DNA from: Heteronotia binoei
Lineage: Eukaryota
Reading direction: 5' to 3'
DNA length: 64,000 nucleotides
Assembly: GCF_032191835.1 (NCBI RefSeq)
Contig: NC_083229.1
Span: 39,308,001 to 39,372,000, forward strand
In this document: positions 34,221-46,200 of the stretch, in pieces
How the letters are laid out: every line of letters starts with the position of its first letter
How positions within the stretch are numbered: position 1 is the stretch's first letter
Translations under genes and position numbers: made by a program
The notes under the pieces: model-generated
The model's database searches: none
What the model saw: only the letters and a program-made list of their open reading frames with translations
Told to the model about the DNA's origin: nothing

Positions 34221-37200
34221 GTATTATTGTTGTTCTTTGCTTACTTTGAATATCTGTTCCCCATTGGCGGCCCAAAAGGGCTTATAATCATTTTATCCTC
34301 ACAACAGCCCTGTAGGGTAGGTTAGTATGACCGGCGTAAGGTCGCCCAGCGATCTTTCATGACAGACGATCCTAACTCTCGCGGATCCTAGTCCGACACT
34401 CTGACCGCTGTGCGTTGTGGTATGAGAAAGTATTGTTTTGAAGCAAAATGGGAGCGGGGTGTACAGTGGGATTGGTTATCATAGGTGAAAATGGCGCTGG
34501 CGCAAAGTTTCTTAGAGTCTGTAATGATCTGTTTTGCTTTCTGTTTGTATGGAGTATCCTCCAAGGAGTTCAGATTGGTGTACGTGTCTTTTCTCCAACA
34601 CACTTTATTCTCACAACAGCCTTGTGAGGTAGGATGGTCTGAGAGAGTAAGGGTTATTCTGTGGTTATTCTTCATGGTTATTGTGAGTCTCATGGCTTGG
34701 AGGGGATTTGAATCCCAGGCGTGAGCACCAGCTGTCTGAGCAGCTGTAGATGCAAGAGTTTATTGCTGCTGTGTGTGTCTTATCAGATTTTTATTTTGCC
34801 ATTACTTAAAGGTGTTCAGGGAGTAGTACACCTTTGTAATTTCCTCTGTTTTATCCTCAGAAAAATCTTACAAAGTGGGCTAGGCTGAGGGAGGGAATCG
34901 ATTGTGCCTGTAAGGACATCTGAACCCATGTCTTCCTAGTCCAGTACCCTAAACATTACACTAGCCTTCACTAGGTTATAATTTTGGATGGGGGGGGGGG
35001 GGTTGTTATGGACCCTGACCAGGAGCTCCATAAGTTCTCAGAACTTCCAAAGAAACAATAGGATACAGGAGGTGGTGGCGGCTACAAGCATAGCCAGCTT
35101 CAAGAGGGGGTTAGATAAAAATATGGAGCAGAGGTCCATCAGTGGCTATTAGCCACAGTGTGTATATATGTGTGTGTGTGTGTGTATATATATATAAAAA
35201 AAATTTTGGCCACTGTGTGACGCAGAGTGGTGGACTGAATGGGCCATTGACCTGATCCAACATGGCTTCTCTTATGTTCTTATCTGGATTTACTTAAAAG
35301 GAGATCTTTAATAAAAGCATCAGTTACAGAAAATGCAAGCTTCCATCAGCTGGGCTTTGAGCCTGCTCAGCGAAACTTAGCTGGACCCATAGGCGTAAAC
35401 TATGGGGGAAGGGCTCAAGCTCCCTCTCCCTGGATTTTCCGGGCAACCAACACAGGACTTGGGGGTTCAGGCCTCCCCCAGGCAACCAGTGCCAGGCGTA
35501 GTGGCAAACTCTTTTGAGTGTATGAAAATGTTTCCCAATTTAAATTTTCAAGAAGGAGAGATAATGATCTTAAAAGGCATGAATGGGGTGGATGCATTTT
35601 TCTCCTGGGACATTCTGAGGCAGGAAAACTCCCCACTGTGTGTGATTTTCCTCCTGGGCTGGAAAGAAAGAAGTCAGTAGTGTAATGATGTTACAACCTC
35701 CGCTTCTTAGAAATGCTAATTGAACTAGCACAGACAATGAACAGATAGATGGATGGAGAAACTTATTGTGAAGGTATCTGTTGGGATTTGGCAACTTCAC
35801 TTTCTGAAGTCATGACACAATTACGGTATTTTTCGGACCATAAGACGCACTTCCCCCCCCCCCCCCAAAAAAAGTGGGGGGGAAAGTGTGTGCGTCTTAT
35901 GGTCCGAAGGTACTACCTTCTTCAGGCAAGCGCTGGGATTGCTCCACATGGCCCCACCACAAACCCAGCGCTTCGCAAGCGCCGGCTGCGGAGGGGGCAG
36001 CATGCTTCCTCTTTGCCTGTGTGCCTGGCTTCATCTGTGATGCTTAAAGCAAGCGCTGGGATCGCTCCCTCCGATCCCAGCGCTTGCTTTAAGCATCACA
36101 GATGAAGCCAGGCACACAGGCAAAGAGGAAGCACCCGCCCCCTCCGCAAACCCAGCGCTTCGCGAGCGCCGGCTGTGGAGAGGGCAGCGTGCTTCCTCCT
36201 TGTCTGTCTGCCTGGCTCCACCACTGATGTTTAAAGCAAGCGCTGGGATCGGAGGGTGGAGAGAGCGATCCCAGCGCTTGCTTTAAGCATCAGAGGTGGA
36301 GCCAGGCAGACAGACAAGGAGGAAGCACGCTGCCCCCTCGGCAGCCAGCGCTTGCAAAGCGCTGGGTTTGCGGTGGGGCCACGTGGAGCAATCCCAGCGC
36401 TTGCCTGAAAAAGATGGAGCCAGGCAGGCAGGCGCGGGGGAAGCGCCGGATCGGAGGCAGAGGCAGCGGATTGCCCCCCAGGAGGAAGGTGCATCCTATG
36501 GTCCGGAGCGCCTTATGGACCGGTATATGTTTGTTTATGCATGCTGATGTCTTAGCTTTGCTAGTTAGAGCCAATTGGCTACTCTGCATGTATCTCCTGC
36601 CAGAGGCTAGGTGTCAATATGCATATTAACCAGTGTTGGTAAGCTCTAATTGGGTAATCAATACATTGGCAGACCTGAGTCAAGGGGGTGGGGAAAGAGA
36701 TTTGGTAGCCTTCCTGGCAATAAGATGCTCTTGCAACACATCTGTCAGGAGATACAGATCTCTCAACTGAGATCTAGAAAAGGTGGCTATTTTTTCATCC
36801 ATCCAGCTGATCTAGAGTGTTGCAGGACACTTGATATTGTAAGGTAATTGTGAACTGCAAAAGTTTTCAGTTGTATTTTTGGACTTTCCAGATAAATAAC
36901 TAAAGTTTTGATATCCAGCACATATCAATCTTTATACATTTAGTGTCTGTTGGAAAAGAAAGTATAGCCCTTAACCCTGGCTGGCTACACCCACTTTTAA
37001 TGTAGCAACAGTCTTTGGTGGATTCAACATACTTGTTTGGTTCCAATTTACATTTAGGGGGAAAGTAAGATTGAGTGTGTGGGGGGACATGAAGATCAGA
37101 GGCCTTTAAAAATTTCCTAATGGATTCATGTGGGGTAGCCATGTTGGTCTGAACAGCAGAACAAAGTTTGAATCCAGTGGCATCTTTAAGAACCAACCAA

Positions 37201-40200
37201 ATTTTATTCTGGGCATCAGCTTTTGTGTGCATGTACACCGTTTCATTTAGATTACACACATGCTGAGTTTATTTTGTGGGTAGAGCAGGGTATAAGTTGA
37301 ATAAATGAAATGAAAGTTTGATTTCTGAGTATAAGTGAAAACTTGAGTGATTTAGGTATCAAAAGATTCTCTGAAATCCTGATAAACTGTAGCATATGCT
37401 GAACCCAGCATGTAGTAACTCGAGTATGCTGTTGCCTTCTCATCTCAATTTATACCCCATCATACCCCCAAAATGGGCTCAGGATGGCTTACATCAATTT
37501 ATACCCCATCATACCCCCAAATTGGGCTCAGGGTGGCTTACATCATAAAACCAACAAGATAAAAGTAAAACAATGATTAGGATCAATGATTAATAGCAAC
37601 CCCCCCCCCCATGCCTCATGTCAGATCAATATTTGTGTGTATGTGTAACCCCAGAAACTCTGAAAAATACCAAAAGGTAGGAAGGCACCACTATGGACAC
37701 CACTTTGTTGGTGTTAAAGGTGTCACTGGACTCAAACTCAGTTCTCTCATCTGTTAACTGCTTTATTATTTGTATACCAATTTACTGTGATTTACACATT
37801 TTACCCAATGTGTTATTCCAATCTTAGCTGGATTTATTGCTCAGATACTTATTCCTCCCCCTTGCCTATAAGTAATACTTGAGGAAATCTGTTTCAGTGA
37901 ATCTTAAGGAGTGGCCATACTAAGCTTCTCAGTTCTCACCTGTACCCATAATGGAATATTATTTGACTTGTAGGTGCCACTGAACTCAAACCTCATTCCC
38001 ATATCTGTTAACTCTTGATTTGCATGGTAATTATATGTCATTCACAGCTGTAATCACCCAGTATTTATGCATCTTGGCTTTCTTGACAGCCACCCAACCC
38101 CTGTAAGTAAGGGTTGAGGAAACTGCTTTCAGTGTATCTGACGAAGTGTGCTTGCACAGGATAGCTTATACCCAGAATAAAACTTTGTTGATGTTAAAGG
38201 TGTCACAGGACTCAAACTTTGTTAATGATTGGAGAAGAAATTGGGGGGAAGAGTAGCACTGTATTGCTATGTTGCATAAATATTACTATAGGATTTGGGG
38301 GTTCTTTTGGTAGATAGAAAGCCCCGTGGCAGAGTGATAAAGCTGCAGTACTGCAGTCAGCCCTCTGCTCACGACCTGAGTTCAATCCTAACGGAAGCTG
38401 GTTCAGGTAGCCGGCTCAAGGTTGACTCAGCCTTCCATCCTTCCGAGCTTGGTAAAATGAGTACCCAGCTTGCTGGGGAGAAAGTGTAGATGACTGGGGA
38501 AGGCAATGGCAAACCACTCCATAAAAAGTCTGCTGTGAAAGCAACGTCACCCCAGAGTCGAAAATGACTGGTGCTTGCACAGGGGACTACCTTTACCTTT
38601 TTTTTGGTAGATAAATATTTTATGCCTTCTTCAAGCAACTATTGGGCTGGGGAGGTGGGATATGGCAGGAGAGGATGCTTGTGGGAGCAGAAGTGGAAAC
38701 AGGGGTTTAGGAGAATATTTGATTGTACCGTAATTTCTAAAAGTAATTTCTAAAGAAAACAGTTTGCATTGTTAATTAAAAGTTAAAGTTGTATTTCAGC
38801 TGTCTGAAGATGATTTGTTGAAGCCAAATGCATTTTGCAAGTTGAACCTAAAGAGCAGAAATTTACCGTGCACAGGAATGCAGTCATTTCCCATCAATTG
38901 AATCATGTGATTTGCATTAATGATTTGCTCTGAATATCTGTGTTTTTAAGGTGGCATTTCTAAGCAATGTTATAAGAGGGCAAGGTATATAAAATCGTAG
39001 CTGGTATAAGTGTCAGTTTTCTTTGGGGTCATGATCATGGGCACTGTTCTGAATTGCCTCAAAATATACTTGTACTCACTTGTAAGATATGAGTTTGAAG
39101 TGAGAAGAACATTGCCACTACTCTGAACTTTGTACATTGCTCAGAATTTGATCGCTCAGAAACTGTTTTGTATTCTGCCCTGGGTCAGAGACCCATGAAT
39201 TTATCAAACAAAGGTATCTGTAATACCATAGTTTTGTAAATTTCAGTACAATGGTACTGAATTAATGAGGCAGAAACAAGACACCTGTAAGTGAACGTCC
39301 AGGGAAACTTATAAAATGTTCCCCTAAAGCTTTTCTGTATTGCCTTTTACTGTCAAATTTGTGACCATTCGTTTGTCCTATGCACGATATGTATATTTGC
39401 AGATCTTAAAGTGGCTATTTTTAAAAGTGAATTTCAAAAACAGGACACAGCAGGAGATACCACTATAACCACAGGCCAGCTCCCACTTTTTCCTGGGTTT
39501 GGCCTGGCCTATGGGCATTGTTGGGGGGGGGGCTGCTCTCTAGATTTATGGGGAGGGAGCTTCTCCATAAATCAATAGGTAGTGATAATGGAGGCTCCTC
39601 CCTATGATGTCACTGGATCCAATGCCTCTGGCCGAGCCCCGCCCCCCCCCCCCCCCCCGGGAAATTGAAAAGTCTATGCCCTTGACTGGATCTGGAGGCC
39701 ACAGACATGACCTATACATCTTATACCCTAAGTGCTGGCTACAACAAGTCAAAGAACTATTAATTAAGCTATCCCAAACACTTGGATGAGCCAAGCTGAT
39801 TTGCACCCGGCTTGCAGTCAGGGAAGAAACATCCCTGGCTTTGAAAATAAACTCTGCTAACAAGCATGAGAGAGAGTTCTCTTGGGAGCTGCCTATCACC
39901 ATTCTCACATATCAAAGATGGACTCAGCCAGATCACACAGGGTATTGTGGGGAGTTGAGAGGAACAAATCCAGTCTTATTACTCAAAATTCCCTCATCTA
40001 AGATCTTAGAAGTTTGAATAAGTTGTTTCCCTACTTTCTTTAAGTGACTTGCAGTTGCTCTTAATATGAATTTCTCTTGGGATTATTTGCATTTCTTCTT
40101 GGGGGCTGGTTTTCAAAACCACATTTTTATTTTTGTTGATTTATGAAGTCTTATTGTTTTCTTCCATACTGGGCAACTTTTCCAAATATGTCGAGACCCT

Positions 40201-43200
40201 ACCCTATAAATGACCTATTTTTGCAGCCACAAGGACCAGCCAGTTTACTCTTGGGTATAGCAATTATCTTCCATTTTTTCTGTTTGACAGACTAATCCTT
40301 GAATAGCTCAACTGCCAGAAATGCATGGTTAATTAGTAATTTTTAGGGGTTACAGTTCCTGTTAGTCTGCTTGGTAGTTGAATGTAGATTTTTTTTCTTT
40401 GAACAAAGAAAGACTCATGCAAAGAATGAAAAAGAAGAGTTGGTTTTTATATCCCACTTTTCTCTACCTTAAAGAGTCTCAAAGCAGCTTACAATCACTT
40501 TCCCTTCCTCTCCCACAACAGGCACCTTGTGAGGGCTGAGAGAGTTCTGAGACAGCTATGACTGACTCAAGGTCCCCCTGCAGGTTTTGTATGGAGGAGT
40601 GCAGAATCGAACCTGGTTCTCCAGGTTAGAGTCCACCACTCTTAACCACTACACCATGCTGGGTAGTGTATGTAACAGTATTAACTAGTTCTGACAAAGT
40701 TATTAGTAAACTGGAGGACTTTTGTGTTAAAAGGGTTTCAGTTGTGAGCCCTGCATGAAGGTATGAAGATATGATTCTTTTATTAATGTGATATCTTCAC
40801 AGATTTCAAGAGATAGTTTGTGTGAGGCCCAATCATGTTACTGTACATGCTCATGGGGGGGGGGGGGGCCTACCTGAATATCTCTAAGCTTCTTTTGTAT
40901 GGAAAAATAAATTTCTATTCAAGGTTTTCTGATCACAGCTCTTGAATCAGGCTCCTGGAAAAAAACCCTGCTAATTTAACAGATTATTGGGAAGGACCAT
41001 TTTGGGAACTTTTGCTATACATTTTAGGTTTCTTTACTTTGAAGTATGTCCTGCTTTATAGTGTTTCAGTTGTAGTTTACTATTTTATTTATGGGGTTTC
41101 TATCCCGCCAAAGCAGGCTCAAGGCAAGTTACAATAGAATATAATGCCATATATAATAAAAAACATTAAAATAAAAAATCCTCAGTATAAAATAGTATGT
41201 GGCTTGGAGCTCATTCTGAATGTTGGAAATGAACATATGATATCCAGGGTGAACTATAACAAGATCCGGGTGGGTTGCCATGTTGGCCTGAAGCAACAGA
41301 ACCAAGTTTGAGTCCGGTGGCACCTTGAAGACCAACCAAGTTTAATTCTGGGAATAAGCTTTGTGTGCATGAATGTATCACCAGATACACTGAAACAGTT
41401 TTCCTCAAGCCTTTCATACACACGGGGGGGCCCCTATTTATAGTTTAGGCTATATATAAATCAGGTATTGAAATTAGCGAGATACAAGATGTCTGTTCAC
41501 ATATATACACCTAATGTTTGTATCTGAAAAAGTCCTGCAATTTTGACTGTTCTTAAAATGGTGTTCCCTTTAGCACCCAAGTTGTAAAAATTACCTGATG
41601 GATAGCTTTTTTCACAAAACATTGTAGCTGGGGTGATGTTCCTGTTCATTTTGTAAGTCATTATTGATGCTTGGGGAATGAGGAAGATGCTCAGGGATGG
41701 GGAATGAGGAAGATGCTCAGGAATGAATGGTTTCGTTCCTCTTCTGTTAAACTATAATGATTTAAATATGTCTTTCCCACCTACTTCCAAGGAAGCTGTT
41801 GATCTTCTGAACCAGTGCTTGGAATCAGTAGTGGGCTTAGATGAGAAAGAACAAATAGAAACTTAATTCTGACAAGACAGAGGTGCTTTGGGTTAGTAGA
41901 AAGGCAGAGCTGGGATTTCAGATCTGTCTGGTATTGTATGTGGTTATCCTTCCCTTGAAAAATCAAGTATACAGCCTGGGAACTTGGCACAGCAGTTATG
42001 TCAGGAAACCAGGTGGCAGCAATGGCTCGGAGTGTTGTTGCCCAGCTTTGGCAGGTGCGTCGACTGCATCCATTCCTAGGACTGGGCTAGCTATTGGGAG
42101 CATGTGACCCTGAGATTCCAGCAGTTACACTACAGATTCACTCCTGAGTCCAATTCAAGGTGTTGGTTTTGACCTTGAAAGCCCAGGGGGGTGCATCTGG
42201 CCGTCTCATTTTCAATCTTTAGGAGGCTGTCAAATATGGTTTCCTTTAGGTCTGCATTTAGTTGATTTTACTGAGTTGTGATTTTAAAATTTTGTTTTTA
42301 TATTTTAATGTATTTTAGTCTGTGTTGTAAGCTGCCTTGAACTCTGTAGCTCTTGCCACTTAGTAGTTCATAACTCTAAAAGAGTTAGGATTTCTGGCTG
42401 CCAGACAATCTTAGGATCTCCAGGCTATACTACGCACAGTCATATTGTTGTTACAAATGTCTACTTCCTGCCCCCCCTTCCCCATTAGCAGTTAAGAGAC
42501 TTGTTTATTGCCTAAGTGAGCTATGATCCTTTTGTGAATGTGCACTAGCAATTTTCTCTTTAGATAAAATTCACTTTTAAATGTTTATGCACAGTTTGTA
42601 TTTTGTACTGTGATTTCTACCGTGTACTGCTTGATTTTCTGTATATGTTAGATATATTATGGCATGTTTCTTATTAAGTGGTTTGGAGAAAGTGCTGAAA
42701 CTGCTAATCTTGAGCTGATTAACTGCACCTTGTTTACCTGTTTTTGACACTGCAAGCTTGGAGCTTTTTGTTTATGGCCAAATTACACATTACATGCCAT
42801 TATCTTCTCTTGCCTTAAAAAAAAAAATCACTGTCTTGAATGGAGCACGAGTGGGGAGGAGCTGCTTAACCATTTCCCCTGTCCTCCTCATGGGATTGCT
42901 GAATCAATGTATTGTTACCTCTCGAGGCTGGAAATGATGCCCACTCATATACTTGGGGATAGAATTTTTTACAAAGTCAAGCCATTTCAAAAGGCAAATG
43001 CTGGACATGAGCTAGGCAGTGCTCAATGGTAAATCTCTTTCTCTCTCTCGGTACTCTACTATTGCATCTTAGTCAAGCCGTGTTGATAGACCGGACCATG
43101 TATATAGCAGGACAGATTGGCTTGGATCCTTCAAGTGGGCAACTTGTACCTGGAGGAGTAAAGGAACAAACTAAACAGGTAAAAATGTGACTTCAGTTAT

Positions 43201-46200
43201 TCTAATGGTCAATCTGGTGCCATGATTCATGCTGCATGCTCTAAAGGCATGTCCACAGGGCTCCATTTTAGCAGGAGTCTAAGTAGCCGGAAGAGCTACT
43301 GAAAAGCTTCACTTAATTGTCACTTTCACACCTGGGAGCCCAGAGGAAGGGGATTTGAAATTAAGGGAACCTGAGTGGTTTATGACTAGTGTGTCCAGTA
43401 GACTTCAATGAACCTTCAGGACAACCTTCTGTGACTGGAGGTATCACAATATTGGCTCTATTATTCAATTCACTGTAAGTGTCTAGGTTTTTATAAGTCC
43501 CTACAGGATGTTTTGTCAAATACAAATAACAAACTCCTTTGTGTTTCTTACCATTAGGCACTTAAGAATATGGGGGAAATTCTGAAAGCAGCATACTGTG
43601 ACTATGGCAACGGTGAGTTACTTTTGGGTGATCTTATTTTTCTTATTTGGAGAGGATAAGTAAATGTTTTTACCTTGGCTGTCCTGCAGTTTGTATAAGA
43701 TCCCAAGTCTTCCAGGGCACTTTTTGGCACACACAACTGGGGCATCTTTAATTTGCAGCTCTTCTTTCAAGCAAACCATCTTCCCATCCTGTGGTATTCC
43801 TGTTCTGCAGGTGTTAGATTTTTGAATCTGCCCTACTTCACCTTCATTTTGGATATACTGTACTTGTCATATAGGTTTCTAACAGTGCAGTCCTAAACAT
43901 AATTACACTATTCTAAGTAAATTGGGTTTAGAAGGGTGTATCTCTGCTTAGGCTAGCGTTGTAAATTTATGCATTCTGGCACTGAATAAACCATTAGTAG
44001 CTGTTGTTTAGTACTAGTTTGTTGTTTGAGTGGCATAAAAAATATTATTCTTGCCCCAGGAAAACCATAGTCCAAACAGACATCTTTCTGGGCAGTGAAG
44101 AAAACCATAAGGGTACCTGTCCTTCTCGGGACTTGTGCTGATTTTTTCCATCTCAAGCTTGGCTGTTTCATCTCTATGTAGAATGTATGTGGGTGAACTG
44201 GATTTGTAAACAGTGAGTTCAAAAATAAGGATTCTTAAAATGGAGGTTGGGTTGTAGAATACCTGTGAAACGAGCAGCTGAAATGTCATCAGTTGATGAT
44301 GCCTGGAAAAGGAGTTCTGGTATGGACTATTCTAGGAGCATTTAAAACCTGTTGCATAGAGTCTGTACCATAGGAGCAGGTTCCATATGGTGAACTAAGT
44401 TCCAGATTACTAGTGTTGGTGATGTTAATCAGTATGGGGAGGGGGAAAAATGCTCTGGGATTCATGGACTGTTTGTGCTAAATCAGGGGCTCTCAAACAT
44501 CAGGTTCCTCATGTTGTTGCAATACATTTTGGGGTAATAAAACATGAGGAAGTTTTGTGTACAGTTCAGTTGAACAAGATGCACCATATATGCAGAAGAA
44601 TCACACAGTTGCTGCAAAAATACAACACAGACTTAGCTAGTCAGCAGTCCATGTTCCTTCAAAATTGGTGGCCAGAGAGCCAGTGTGGTATAGTGGTTAA
44701 GAGCTGTGGACTCTAATCTGGAGAACTGGGCTTAACTCCCTACTTCTCCTCCACATGAAACCAGCTGGGTGACCTTGGGCCAGTCGCAGTTCTTGTAGAA
44801 CTTTCTCAGTCTCATGTACTCATTATTTTGTGGGGAGAGGAAGGGAAGGTGATTATAAGCTGCTTTGAGACTCCTTAGAGTGGAGAAAAGTGGGATATAA
44901 AAACCAACTCTAATTTTACATTGAGAAATATAAATAATTGTGCATCTTGGTGTGCCTGACACTGCTGAAAGGTTGTCATGATGCACCATCTTTTGGAACA
45001 CCTTTTCTAACAGTGTTTTCTGACTTGTAGTGGTAAAGACGACTGTTCTGATGGGTAACATGAAGGACTTCGATGATATGAATGAAGTATACAAGCAGTG
45101 TAAGTATTACTTGTTATGAATGATGCCTAAAGACTGCCAGCTTTGGGTAAAGTCCTGTATAGAACATTGTAAGATGAAACACAGGTGGAGGTTAGATCTC
45201 CTCATGCCATTTGCTTGAGCACACACATGGACATAACAACTCAGTTGCTGTCAGCTCCCATAGCCGTGGTGGTGGAGGGAGACAACACAGTATGAGTGCT
45301 TCTTTTTCTCCCTGGCAGCCTTGTGGAGGAGTGGGATAGATTTCCAGGAAGGAAGGACTAAGCCCTTTGTCTCTCCATTACAGATCCCCTCGCCCCAAGC
45401 ATATGGCTGCTTGTGACGTATAAAAAGTATGTCACGGCTCTTTCTCACCACCATCTTTGGTTGGTGCTGTTGAGCCCTGCTGGGGATAGGCTTCCAAGCA
45501 ACACCATTACAGGCAGGTTGTGATCCAAGGCCACTTTTGCTTGCTGCAGGCAAGGTCTCTACACCCAGAGGGAGCACACAACCCTCTTGAAGATCGAGGG
45601 GGTTTATTCCTGCAATGAGACAGAATTCTACTAGGGCAAAAAAAAAACACCTTTGTGTACAAAGCAAAAAACAACACAGTGACTTCTGGAGGCAAACCCA
45701 ACAGAACCAGAGTGATCTGGGAGAAGGTGACCCATCCCCACAGAAACAGCGACATGATGCAAACAGCTCTGCTTCAAGTTGCCTGTCAAAGCCATTGGAT
45801 GCAGAATCTGAGTGATGCTGTAGCCGTCTGGAATCTAAATGTGGACAGAAAATAAAATTTACAGTGTGTGTATATGTCACAGATGCCCACGTAGTATCTA
45901 ACCCATCCATAATAGTGAATTGTATGGTTACTGTTTCTTAGTCTTCTTGGGTTCTGAAATTTTAGGGTACGGACTATGAATGGTCTCTTTAAATGATTTT
46001 TTTCATCTGACCACAAGGGACAGAAAGGTATTTCTTCAATAGAACCTGCAGTCCTCATAGTTTTAAATCCAGCATTTTTTGCCATCATGTCACAATCTCT
46101 CTGTCTACATTCCATACTTTAAAACAAAAAGTCACCTTTCATAGGCTCTGATGATACTGTCATCTATGCCCATATCTGCTGCTGGATCATAAATTGATAA

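Larger units (their letters stand above)
33660..34230. promoter_or_regulatory. CpG island / bidirectional promoter shared by POP1 and RIDA
   Basis: High GC and CpG content. Motifs: ETS CACTTCCGG 33801-33809; NRF1-like TACGCATGCGCA 33820-33831; ZNF143/THAP11-type ACTACAtgTCCCA 33885-33897; GC boxes 33997-34006 and 34022-34031; inverted CCAAT 34010-34014. Confidence 0.88.

Noticed and set aside
37445-37542. 49-bp tandem duplication (also 26-bp at 41672-41723 and ~30-bp at 32384-32440)
   Set aside because: Ordinary local slippage duplications with no templated foreign insert and no exon involved.
45251-45910. 219-aa minus-strand ORF
   Set aside because: It is the antisense reading of the RPL35A pseudogene and flanks; no independent protein features.
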